The position numbers and the translations under genes were made by a program. From Rhynchobatus australiae (Eukaryota), in NCBI GenBank assembly GCA_034780895.1, contig JAUZTB010000107.1:21721843-21785842 (forward strand): a DNA stretch of 64,000 nt. The letters are read 5' to 3'. The notes under the pieces are model-generated. The model was not told the DNA's origin. It did not search any database and saw only the letters and a program-made list of their open reading frames with translations. Below are positions 52,140-64,000 of the stretch, piece by piece (position 1 is the stretch's first letter; the number at the start of each line of letters is the position of its first letter).

Positions 52140-53490
52140 GGTATATTTATCTCACAGAAGTGCCAGGCAATGCCTATCTCTAACAAGGGATCCTAATTAA
52201 TTTATTCTTGATATTCAATAGTATGACCATTGTTGAGTTCCTCACCATGATTGACCAGAAATTTAACTGGATCAGTCATATAAATACCTAGGGTACAAGA
52301 GCAGTACAGAGGCTGGGTGCATAATTTGCAGAATGATGTGCCAGACATAAAGGCATAAAAAATTACTGTAAGTCACAAAAATAAATAAATAGTGCAAAAG
52401 AGGAATAATGAGGTTAGGTTCATGGACTGTGATGAGTGAGTAAGTGATGTGTCCTTATGTAAGGCACATATCGACCTTCTGCAAGGCATGTGTTAGGAGT
52501 GTAATGGAATACTGAGGACAAAAGAGACTGCAAATTCTGGAAGGTGAGCCATAACTCAGAACGCTGGAAAAATTCAGCAGGTCAAGCAACAACTGTGAGG
52601 GCAAAAGGTGTAAGTTGACTTTTCAGTTTGAGACCCTGAATCAGGACTGAGGAAAGGTTGCCAGTATATAGCAGTACGAGTGTGTGTTGGGGAGGGGGGT
52701 ACTGTGGGCAGAGAGGGAAGGGGAGCACGGATAGTGGGCCAAGAGGGGATGGATGGGTGTTGCGGGGGGCTGAGGAGGAGGAGGGGGGGTGGATGGGTGG
52801 TGTCGGGACAGCGGTCAGAGAAGTGAAAAATGATAAAAGAAATACTATTCCATTGGGTATAAACATTGGTTATTTCACTACCCTAGTGGAATATGAAATA
52901 TTCTTCCAATTTGCATTTGGCCTCTCTGTAGCAATGGAGAAGGCAGAGGGAAGGAGAGTTAAATGATATTGTGGGTGGAAAACTCTGAACAGCATCCTGG
53001 TTGATTGCAATGAAATTGACTCTCTGGAAGCTTCATACCATCTAGGACAAAGCAGCCTGTTCAATTGCAACCCCTCCCCCCAGTCAACCATCCTAAATAT
53101 TCATTCCCTCATGGCACCTGGTGGCTGGAATGTATGCCATCTACAAAGTGCTCTGCAGTTATTTGCCCAGGCGACTCAGACAGCATCTTCCAAACATTCA
53201 ACCTTTACCACCAAGGAAGACAAGGGCAGCAGGGCCATGGGAGCACCTCCATCTGCAGGATCCCTGCTCGAGGTTGCAAACCATCTTGACTGTGTAGAAT
53301 TATCACTGGCTTTTTATTGTTGTTGGGAGTTAATCTTGGAACTTTCTATCCAATTGCACACTTAGTATCAATGCCCTAAGGATTGCAGAGATTCAAGTAG
53401 GCGATTAACCACTAACTTTTCGAAAGCAATTGTGGATGGGTGATAGATGATGGCCTTACTAATGAATCCCAGATACCAAAAATGAATATA
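52140..53490 (+). mobile_element. Second-family LINE 3' half, interrupted by a Rex1 tail (~52325-52430, minus) and a Penelope-type repeat (~52515-52870, minus)
   Basis: LINE pieces homologous to 47190-47600 resume after each insert. The Rex1 tail matches 12250-12345. Confidence 0.6.
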
Positions 53491-54049
53491 TTTAAAAAAC
53501 ATTGTCTGATGAAGTCACAGTAACCTTAACTTTCTGGCTGATGGGCCAGCAGTCTGCCTCAGCATTCATCAGCTACATTGCTCAGTCTAGAGTACATAAT
53601 TGCATTAAGCTGATAACCATTTGCCTTACTTCCAGGGTTGAGAAGCAAATCACATTGTTCAATGACCTTTACAGCAAATAGGTGAGACCTCAAAGCTTCT
53701 TAGTGGGCTCATTTTTCATTCTTTTTGATACTGACTGCATCTAAATTGCCATCATAGCAACAAAAAACATTTGTGTTCATTTCATAAATGTCTTGCTGGT
53801 ATCTATTCAAAATATCATGTAGGTTTCTACAAGTTGTGGAATTAACCATCACAAAACATTTATCCTGGTCTCTTACCCACAACCCCAGCAGTATTTGATC
53901 TGCCCAGTAACTTGAAAGGTGATCTGCTGGCTGATCCAAGGGGTATCTGCAAGTGATGTGGCTTCTGACATTACATTGCAACGACATGACAGCCAAGTGA
54001 CACAAGCATAATTATAACTAAAGAGAATCCAAGATTGTTGTTTTCTCAT

Positions 54050-54480
54050 CTTTGGCAGTCCCTCAGGATTGAGGATTTCATCTTTCTATTCCAGTGTCAT
54101 GGGTTCTGAGCTGACTTATGAGGCCAGTGTGAGAAATGCAGATTCTTCCACAAAAGGAGCAGGACATCCCTGATGAGGTTGGTGGCTGGGTAGCTTGTGA
54201 GATGGTGAGCTCTTTCTGTTGTATATTCTGGGCCTCCATATGCTTCTGATACATGACCTCATGGTTCTCAGTGCTATCATACGTTCTTGTCAAATTTGAG
54301 CAGTCACTGGCGAAGGATTCCCAGGAGCTGGTGTGGATGATACATTATTTTTCATCAAGGCTTTGAAAAATCCTTGAACCTTTTCCTTGATCCATTTGGT
54401 AATCTCTCTCTCGTGATAGAGGGGATAATGTGTTTGTTTTGGTAGTCTGGTGTTGGGCATGCAACTAATGTGGCTTGCCA
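54050..54480 (-). mobile_element. RTE-clade LINE 3' end
   Basis: MPNTRLPKQ and the C-terminal zinc finger CSFCGRICISHTGLISQLRTH are typical of RTE/BovB-like elements. Confidence 0.75.
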
Positions 54481-55089
54481 AACAGATCCTACTATCTAGT
54501 CTACTCCACAATCCACTGTTGAAAGTAGATGTGTTTTACTCAGGTGGAGCTCAGAGCCTCCATGGCAGCTGTTTAAGCTGTAAAGGCTAAAACATTGTTA
54601 TGATTAGTTAGTCTCTGAATGTTCCACACTCTCCAGCTAAAACTTGAGTGCTAATAACATCTGAGAAGAAAACTACTCAGACTAGAAACTGACTTTTTCA
54701 TACTTCCAGCTAATGTGCTAAAGCCCATTTAATTCCTGCTTTTGTGAGGCATGCGGTTTTCATTTCATTGCTAGATTTCTGAAGTATTCATCATTATCCT
54801 GCTTAGCAGAGCTGCTGGAGACTTTGCTACTTAGCTAATTCTCACCTGGGCTGTCTATGGTTATGTGCTGCTTATGGGAATTTGTCACATGCACATCCCT
54901 CTAGTGTTTTGCGTGCATTAAATGACAAACTGAAGTATGTGCAAATGCTATCAATAGATATAATACATGGCATTCTCAAGCATGGTAAGGAGAACCCACT
55001 TGTTAAGCTGAGTTGAACAGTACTGAAAAGAAATTTCAACTGAATATGATGGTAGTCTGGAATATATTTTTCTATTTTAAGTTGTTTAA

Positions 55090-55425
55090 GTGGCAGCATA
55101 GTGGTGTAGCTAGTAGAGATGCTGTTTTACAGTGCCATCTATACAAGGTTTAATCCTAACCTTGGGCGCTGTCTGTGTGGAATTTGCACATTCTCCTGTG
55201 CCCATATGGGTTGTTTCCTGGTGCTTCGTTCTCCTCCTACATCCCAAAGGCTTGTGGGTTGGTATGTTGGCCACTCTAAACTGTCTCAAGTATATAGTTA
55301 AATGGTAAAATCTTGGGAAATCGATTGGGTTATAGGTAGAATAGGTTATATGGAAAATTGGTAGGGGTATGGAATCACTGTGTTAGAACAGACACAATGG
55401 GCTGAATGGCCTCCAATGTCATAAA
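55090..55425 (+). mobile_element. Full-length V-SINE with CR1-like tail (HE1-like)
   Basis: tRNA-like head, V core ctgtgtggaatttgcacattctcc, and tail gacacaatgggctgaatggcctcc similar to the CR1 3' ends. Confidence 0.75.
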
Positions 55426-57609
55426 GAAAGGTGGGAATGTCTTTATAAGATGCTTGCTGCCTAAAAGGCCATAAAAGGAAAAAAAAGTTGAGAGTTTGTA
55501 AGGTAAGTAGAAGCCAGGCATTAGTAGGTACGAATTTTCAGGATGAAACTTGAAGTTGTGAGAATGCTGCTTCAATAGAAGGAACTTCAACAAAAAAGTT
55601 CTTTGGAATTTAGTAGTGGAAGATTGACTGCAGGCTGCACACTGCTAAATTGGTATGTNNNNNNNNNNNNNNNNNNNNNNNNNNNNNNNNNNNNNNNNNN
55701 NNNNCCCCAAACCATTTGCTTATCCAAGTCATTTGTTCCTAGTGGTGTTTTATTCAATTACACAGTTAGCTGGCATAAATTTGTGCTCAAGAATTCCATT
55801 TTCTCTTCTTATAACTATTCATTGGATAATTAACCAGAGGGCATCAAGAATCAGCAAGGAACAATTTCTTTGGACGAAATAATGACAATGAACATCAGTA
55901 TTCTCTCATATGTTCACTAAATTAAGTTGGATCTACAAAATTGGCTGCTTTTGGGGAAAGATTAAAATGTACATTCTTCACCAGGAAAAAGTTATTTTTT
56001 ATGTAATTGTGATGCTACTGGATTCCTTGGCTTGTGGAGGTCAATATAAAAAAAATATAGGTTCTGATTGTAAATGGTTTGGCATAAAATTGACTGATTA
56101 AGCTAAAAACAAAGGGGCCAGTATCTTAGAATAAGAACAACAGATTTCATTCAAAATGGGCAGCAGAAGGAATAGCTTGACAGATTTTAAGATTAATGGG
56201 GAAGCCCTTGGTGACTTAAGCCCATTTCCTACAACATGTGATCACACCATAAGCAAACACCTTGATTTCAAAGAGGGGACCCTACCTTGCTCGCCTGACA
56301 CACTTTGGACTCTGGAGAAAAGGTCTGAGTGGCATCAAGGCTTCATTAGACCCATCAGGAAAAAATTCTGTTCACAAAACTCACATAAAAATTTTGACAG
56401 TGGGTCAATTTCCAATCCCAGCTTTGTTATGGTGCCTCGTGGATGTTTCTGATTTTAACAGATTTAATGTTATTATTTTGTTTTGGAGTACAAAAATAAA
56501 GTTAGCTAAAATGTGCAAAATAAAATATAAATGGTTAAAATCAAGAACTTACTTTCTTGTCATTTTTCTTCCCTGCATCTGGAATCTCATCAAAATTAAT
56601 TGGTTGCAGATCTTGTGCCAAGTATCACTTGCTGCATGATATTTTTTGCCATTTTGTTTTCTCTCTTGTTGTAAGTGCTGGGAAATCTCAGCAAGAAGAA
56701 GTTGTATAAATAGGCTGTATAGTGAATCCAGTGCTATGTTGCCTTGAAACATACTTTGCCCAGTATTATTTAGTCAGTCATCTGTGTTTCGAGAGTTCAC
56801 TCAGTCCTGGGCGTAATGCCATGTAAATGGATAAATGTGGGCCGTTCCACTAAGAGATGTTAACATCTGTTGGTAAGTAATAGGAAAAATAATTGTATAC
56901 AAGATGAGATAAAGGTGTGAAAAAACAGAATATGGTCATATTCAATCAGTGTGATGAGAGGATTATGAATTAGTGTGTTTCCTTACAAACTATATCAAAT
57001 AACTGGTGAACAGCAAGGTTCAATGTCAAGGATACATTTGCAATGAATCCATATCTGACTACCTGCCATCAAAAATCTATTGACAGTAAAGTTTTTTCAA
57101 AANNNNNNNNNNNNNNNNNNNNNNNNNNNNNNNNNNNNNNNNNNNNNNNNNNNNNNNNNNNNNNNNNNNNNNNNNNNNNNNNNNNNNNNNNNNNNNNNNN
57201 NNAGTTTTTTCAAAATTATTCTGGAATCTGCTCTTCCAAGTAACTTTCCTGAATCTTCCACTAAAAAATCCATCTGGTTCACTTGAGACTGCTGGTCAGT
57301 TAGCCATGCAACTAAATGCAAAGGATTAACTCCTATTTGTGTGCTTGACTGAGGAAGTCCCAAAACTTTTCACAGCTGATTGCCTCTGATGGGTCCACTA
57401 ATCTCCATTTGCAGTATTTCTCATGCTATCGTACAACCTCTTGTAGTCCTAGCCCTTCTGCTACAAAATCAGCTGCTGAAGAAATGCAAGTCCACTTATT
57501 TGAATGGAGAAAGGCGGCTATAAGGGAAAGAAGTAATTTAGTTCTTTTGATTTAATTTTGTGAATTTAAATGCTTTTAATTTTTGTGGTTTTATTTTTTA
57601 ATTTTCTCG

Positions 57610-57770
57610 GGTTGCGGCATACTAGCACAGCTAGTAGAGCTGCAGTCTTACAGCTCCAATGACCCAGGATGTTGTCTGTGTGGAGTTTACACATTCTTGT
57701 GACTGCATGGGTTTCTTCTGGGTGTTCTGGTTTCCTCCTATGTCAGAGGCATGTGGGTTAGTGGGTTAAA
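57610..57770 (+). mobile_element. V-SINE, partial
   Basis: Head plus gtctgtgtggagtttacacattc...gggtttcttctgggtgttctggtttcctcc. Confidence 0.7.
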
Positions 57771-59687
57771 ACTTCCATCCTGTTTCTCCCGATGTCTGAT
57801 TTGCTAATTCCTGCAATTTCTGGTTTTATTTCTTATTTCTTTGTCTTCAGTCTTTTTTCTCCTTTGTTTCTGTTCTGTTTATGCATTGGAAGTAAAGAGG
57901 TCATAATGGCTTAGGATGTCCTCTCACATCTGCCTTGAAAGTACAGTTCAGTAAACACAGAATGAATGTGAAAGCATGTGTTTGATTGAAATCGTCTGAA
58001 TGTCGAGAGTAGAGATTATCTTAATCTTGGCACACTGTGGTCTCTGGTATGAAAATAGCATTACTTTCCTGAGTGCAAACCAGTCTGAAAGTCAGAAGTT
58101 GAGAACATTATCTCAGTTATGACACATTGGTCTCTGGTACAAAAAACTACCCAGGTTTACTCCTGTTTTAATCTCTACAATGGCATGAATATTAAACCTG
58201 CCATGGTGGCGTTAAGTATTTTAAAGTTAGGAGAGTACATGGAGGTAATTTGAAATATTTTAGTTTCTGAATCACTGGGAAATACCATACTAAGCTGGTC
58301 CAACATTTTATAATGTCAATATAACAAATTAAATTTTCCTCAATTTACCCTTGAACAGCTTTCTCCTTTCCTCAGAAGAGTTGATGGACGAAATGTTTGA
58401 AGGGATCGTTAAAAGCCAAATAACAAAGTATGCAAGAGAATAAAATGTTCAGATTTGGTTGCATTTGAAATGAAACCAAAACTGCCAGAAACATTCAGCT
58501 TGTTATCATAGTCTTATTTGAAGTCACAAGTCAAATAAAACTTTGGTGTTTTGTTTTAAGTTGGAAGTTAGTTACTGGTTCATTTTTTTTCACTCCGGCA
58601 ATGTTTTTTGGCTTATAATCATACTCCTGTTTTTACTTGTGTCCTTTACTGATAAATCTACCAGCATACATTAATTTTCTTCTGTTATCACTTCTTTTGG
58701 AGCTGATTTATAAAATTACAGCCAGCATCTATTCTCTGTGCCCAGTGTTTGGGATCAATCAGCAACTTGGATTGAGTGAATAACCTGTTCAATAGGTAGT
58801 CTCTGCTAGTGAAAGAAAGAAAGGACTTTTACATTTATCTTATTCACAGTAGTCCCTTAGGGTCTCTAGCTTGCTTTCACTTCAGAGCTCTTGATTGTGA
58901 GGTGGTCAAAGAATCTTATGTGAGATGATGATGTTTGCATGTTATAATTTCCCATTATAAATGAAGGATACTTAGTACTCAGTTTTATCAAGGATTCCAG
59001 GTACAAATTATATACCAAACCAAGAATCTCATCATTTCCATGTTAAATGGTCTTAACACCATTTGCAACACAAAATGAAATCACAAATTTTAAAAATGAA
59101 TGTTTTTTTCCATGAAAATTACTTTTCAAATTAGCTCATGATGTCCTTGAAGTTAAATACTTTAGATGCTAGGTATCTAAATAAAACAGAGAATGCTGGA
59201 AATTATCAGCAGGTGAAGCAGCAGATGTGGAGAAACAAATGGATTTAATGTTTTGGTTCAATGATGTTTCATCTTGAATTCTTTGTAATTAACAGCAAAT
59301 TGTGGTGTGCATGCAGGAGTTCTGTGGTAGGGACTTACCTGACCATCCAGTGGTCCCTCTTATTAACATTATGGGGACTTTGTTGATCAGCTATTAGTGT
59401 GATAGTAGGGAGCAGGAGACAGGCTGAAGAGTAGGTCAGGCCACTAGAAGAAACAGGAGGAGGTGGGAAGAGAAGACTCCTCAGGCTAGCAGGGCTAACC
59501 CTGTTGGAACATTATGTATTTGTAGACTTTAAATCTCCAAGAAATGGGTGACAGATTGCTGCCACATGCTACAAGCAGAGGTGTAGTNNNNNNNNNNNNN
59601 NNNNNNNNNNNNNNNNNNNNNNNNNNNNNNNNNNNNNNNNNNNNNNNNNNNNNNNNNNNNNNNNNNNNNNNNNNNNNNNNNNNNNNN

Positions 59688-59765
59688 TTTAGAATGTGGG
59701 AGGAAACCGGAGCACCTGGAGGAAACCCACGCAGACACGGGAGAATGTACAAACTCCTTACAGAG
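59688..59765 (-). mobile_element. V-SINE core next to a gap
   Basis: Reverse complement of the V core, near-identical to 23825-23895. Confidence 0.75.
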
Positions 59766-60259
59766 ACTACGCTGCCCATGACTGCAAAGATCATAGTAGC
59801 TCTCTTTTTTTGTCTTTGGTTTGTTCCAGTTTGGATTTGGGGACGTTAGCAGTGCTTCCCTGTGTGCTACCTGCTGCTTGATCAGGAAAGTTTTGTACTC
59901 GGAGGCAGGTTCATTTTCTCCTCCTTAGGTAAAGAGTACTTGTCAGCAAAACATGGGGCTTCAGAGACAAAGCCAGCTTCCCTGTTTTGGACTGCACTTG
60001 TATTAAGACGACAACAATTTGGAACTCTGTCAGAATCGCACAATGTTTTACTCTATACATGTTGTGTACTACCACAACAAAAGGCCCTTATGGTGAATGT
60101 AGGGTACCCAGGAAATTTCCAAATCACATTCACGAAGGGCCCAGCAGGAAGGGAGGAGTCTTTTGATGGCAGACTTGCTTTGGCCAGGTAAAACGGACAC
60201 GTGAAACTCTGAGATCCAAGGAGACTGGAAATAAATAAACAAGGCTTAGATAGCAGGAC

Positions 60260-61260
60260 AGTCTATCCTTATACTCAGGATTGGATTGACAGGTGGCAGA
60301 TAACATTTGCATTACATAATAGTTAGGCAATTATTATCTTCACTATGCAAGTCCAACCATCTCCCCTTAACATTCAGCAGCAATAGCATTTAAGATAAGA
60401 TTTCTTTATTAGTCACATGTACATTGAAACACACAGTGAAATGCATTTTTTGCGCAGAATGTTCTGGGGGCAGCCCTCAAGTGTTGCTGTGCTTCTGGCG
60501 CCAACATAGCATGCCCTCAACTTCCTAACCTGTATGTCTTTGGAATGTGGAAGGGACCAGAGCACCTGGAGAAAACCCACGAAGACATGGGGAGAACATA
60601 CAAACTCCTTGCAGACAGTGGCCGGAATTTAACCTGGGTCACATCCTGGGTGGGATGAGGTTACAATTGACTGAGGCATATCTGAAGCAGATATATAATT
60701 ACTCTGGCTACCAGAACACCCAAAGGCTGGGTATTCTGCATTTTAGGAGTCTAATCCTTTTTCTGCAAAACTGTACTACACCTTACAAGGCACAGAAAGA
60801 GAATGGCATACAATCCACTAGTCTGGATGATTGCAGTCCTGCCTGTTCTTGAAATGACATCATGCTGGGCAAAGTTGCTTGCTTTATTTGGCACATCATC
60901 CACTAACCTGACCATTATAATACACTGTGCCTGAAGTATCTACCTTCAACAAAATTCAATGCAGTGACTTGCCAAATTTTGCTGATAGTGTCAAACTGGT
61001 AACTTCTATCACGTAGGTGGACAAGGGAAACAATGAAATGGAAACATCACAATTTGCAGGCTTGCCTCCATGTAATGCACCACCCTGATTTGGATGTAGG
61101 TCTGCGCTTGTTCCTTGTAACCTGGTCAGCATCCTGCAGCTCCTATTAGCAATGTGGGAGGATCTTCACACACTGGAACAAGAAGGCAGTTTCCTACCAC
61201 CTTCCCAAGGCATATCTGGAATGATGACAAAATGTTAACCTGCCAATAACATGAATGAAT
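60260..61260 (+). mobile_element. Second-family LINE 3' half, with a minus-strand V-SINE inserted at ~60392-60640
   Basis: LINE homology to 26890-27485 on both sides of the insert. The insert is homologous to 50930-51142. Confidence 0.65.
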
Positions 61261-62642
61261 AACAGTGAAGAAATACTCATCTTCTCATCTTTTTATCTTT
61301 CCTGTGGTGCGAAATATCTGTGTTTGTTTTATCACAGCTGATGAATATCAGCCACAATCAAGTTGTCATGCTAAAGCATATTCATCCACCCATTGACACC
61401 AAGCAAAACTAATCATCCTTTTGCATCCCTTACTATCTTTTGTGCATGTTTGCTTGGACAGCTACTAATGCAAAGTGCTACCCCAAAGACTGAAACCAAG
61501 CTATGCTCTGTCATGGTTCCAACCAGCTTTCATATGTTACCTTTAAATGGTGATGAAATAGTTCAATTGCACAAGCTAGATTCAACTGGTGGTTTATGCT
61601 CATAATAATATTCACCATGTGTAGTTAGCTTCATGAACAATAGAATTATGATTTGGAAGTATGAATTTTGTGTGCCCTACGGTCAGTTAAAGGGCCTTGG
61701 GTTAATCATGCATCATAATTCCAGTGCCCATTTTCCATCGCTATCCATTGTAGCTCCTTTTTAATATTTTCTGTTATTTTTGTTTCCCTTGCCTTTCATC
61801 ACTCCAGTGATAAAAGCAAATGTTTGATTTGCTGTCAGACCAATCTCACCCTAATACAGTGTCTCAACCTGAAACATTGGTCATCCCTCCATCTCCACAG
61901 GTGCTGCCTGTCCTGTTGAGTTCCTGCTGCAGTTTTTTTTTGCTTCAGATTACAGCATCTGCAGTCTCTTCTGTCTCAGTGTCACCAATCTTGTCATGAT
62001 GAAGACCGGGGAAATCAGATGGAATCATTCAAATGTTTTTTCTCAGTATGGTTTTATGATATATGAGTTTGAAATGCAACTAGTATAACTCTCCAGTTAT
62101 CAGCTACTGTAAGCATTTCTTTGCCTTAGACATCTGGTGTGACAGCCACAAGTATAGCTTCAACATTGGTATGATGCCAACATTGTTATAAAGAACTTAA
62201 TTGTTCTTTGTAATGAAGAGGAAAAAGATGTTTCAAGTATTGAGAAAACAGTTGATGGAATAATATTTCAGTAGAAAATTATTCATATCTGGGATTTCAC
62301 ATTTCCTGAAGGTGGGGATTGAATAGGTATAAAAACAAAAAGTGCTGTGGATGCTCTGTAAGTGTGGAGGGAGAAACAGAGCTAACTTTTCAGGTTGATT
62401 ACCCTACATCAGAATTGGAAAAATGTGAAAATCAGCTCACTTTAAGTTGCAGCATTGGAGCGGAACGAGAACAAAGGAAATCTCTGAGATGGTGGAGATC
62501 AAGTTTGTCCAGGTTACAGAATAGTTTTTGGTGTAGTTTCAAAGAGGGCGTAAGTTCTTGTTAATCAAAACTGGTATGTCTGAAGGAATGCAATCACAAG
62601 ATGATGAATGAGGACAGTAGTGAGAGTACCATGCACTGCATG

Positions 62643-62965
62643 GAGTTATAGTCATAGAGTTATACAGCACGGAAACAGGCCCTTCAGCCCAACTCTTCCA
62701 TGCCGACCTGAGCTAGTCCTATTTGCCTGCATTTGGCCCATATCACTCTAAACCTTTCCTTGCCATGTACCTGTCTAAATGTCTTTTAAACATTGTAATT
62801 GTATGCATCTCTAGCAGCTCATTCCATGCACCCACTACCCCTTGCACATAAAAGATTGTCCCTTATATCCCTTTTCAATTTTTCCCCTCTCACCTTAAAC
62901 CCATGCCCCAGCCCCGAGTCCCAGACTCCCACTCTGGGAGAAAGACTGCAACCATTAACACTATG
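62643..62965 (-). mobile_element. CR1 3' end
   Basis: Reverse complement of the tail at 33880-34050 (acaatgtttaaaagacatttagacaggtacatgg...gaagggcctgtttccgtgctgtataactctatgac). Confidence 0.85.
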
Positions 62966-63190
62966 NNNNNNNNNNNNNNNNNNNNNNNNNNNNNNNNNNN
63001 NNNNNNNNNNNNNNNNNNNNNNNNNNNNNNNNNNNNNNNNNNNNNNNNNNNNNNNNNNNNNNNNNNNNNNNNNNNNNNNNNNNNNNNNNNNNNNNNNNNN
63101 NNNNNNNNNNNNNNNNNNNNNNNNNNNNNNNNNNNNNNNNNNNNNNNNNNNNNNNNNNNNNNNNNNNNNNNNNNNNNNNNNNNNNNNNNN

Positions 63191-64000
63191 GTTGTTGGAA
63201 ATCTGAAATACAAGACAATGTTCAAAATACTCAGGAGATAAGGAAGCATTTGTGAAGAGAGAAAAGCTGAGTTAATTTTATGGGGTTGGAGGGGTGGGGG
63301 GTTGTTGAAAGCTTGCATCAGAACTGGCTAGTTCTGTTGTGGAAAAAAATCTGGCGATCTGAAATTGCTGAATTCAATGTTGCATTCCAAGGGCTGCCCA
63401 GATGAGAGGCAAAGTGTTGATGGAGAATTAAAGTGACAGGCAGACTGAATGGGGGTGTTCTGCAAAATTTGTCCAATTTGCAGTGATTTCTCTAATGTGG
63501 AGAAGTCCACATGGGATCCAAATTCAATAGACAAAGTTGGAAAAAGTGCAAGTGAATTACAGCTTCATCTGGAAGGACTATTTTGTGTATGGCAGGGCAG
63601 AAGAAGCTAAAAAGGGCAGTTGTTGTGTCTCCCACAGTTGCATGGGAAAGTGCCATGAGAGGAATGGTTGGTGGAGACAAAAGAATGAGCCAGGGAGTTA
63701 CTGAGGGAATGAACCTTCAGAATGCTGATGGGGAATAAAGGGTTTGTCTGGTGGTGGACTAACATTGAAACTGGCATAAATTACAAAGAATGATCCATTG
63801 AATGTGGAAGGTAAGGACAAGGGAAGCCCTATTCTTCATCAAATTGGCAGGGGGTGAGAGCAGAAATGTGGGAAATAGAGGAGATGCAGTTGAGAACCCT
63901 GCCAACCATAGTGGAGGAGAAACTGCAGTTAAGGATGAAGGAAGATATCTAGAGATGGTGGTGTGGAAAGTCTTACTATCAGCATAGATATAAAGGAGCC
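63191..64000 (-). mobile_element. Penelope-like element remnant (GIY-YIG region and terminal repeat)
   Basis: Minus strand gives GTFPCNC..., SFQMK..FTCTFSNFVY.I..PCGLLHI.E...FAEH, the zinc-knuckle/GIY-YIG signature, homologous to 5030-5300. Confidence 0.75.

Noticed and set aside
52688-52805. G-rich tract as a functional G-quadruplex or Gly-rich ORF
   Set aside because: Lies within the low-complexity portion of a Penelope-type repeat, with no independent evidence of function.
40963-64000. Further CACNA1D exons (exon 4, EKVEY...NGWN)
   Set aside because: Not found by eye. Intron 3 is very large in mammals, so exon 4 probably lies beyond the window, although gaps could hide it.

Overview
Eukaryotic (vertebrate) genomic DNA from a gapped draft assembly. 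The repeat repertoire suggests a shark or ray; this is an inference. Two genes are arranged head to head about 22 kb apart. On the minus strand are the first two coding exons of an mRNA-decapping factor (DCP1 family, most likely DCP1A) at 15254-15385 and 5676-5716. On the plus strand are the first three coding exons of an L-type calcium channel alpha1 subunit (CACNA1D/Cav1.3) at 38093-38120, 38854-39166 and 40857-40962. Intron 2 of the channel gene is a clear U12 minor-spliceosome intron, and intron 3 runs off the right end of the window. The rest is intronic or intergenic and is filled with decayed retroelements: CR1-type LINEs, a second CR1/L2-like LINE family, Rex1/Babar, RTE, Penelope-like elements with degenerate minimal hammerhead ribozymes, V-SINEs and Deu-type SINEs. 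I see no convincing wholly new biological system. The most notable observations concern the 5' architecture of Cav1.3 (a Cav1.2-like short exon 1, a uORF chain, the NSCaTE motif with a downstream Met, the U12 intron), the mixed DCP1A/DCP1B character of the decapping factor, and the retroelement microstructure. Exon boundaries were counted by hand; repeat boundaries are approximate.
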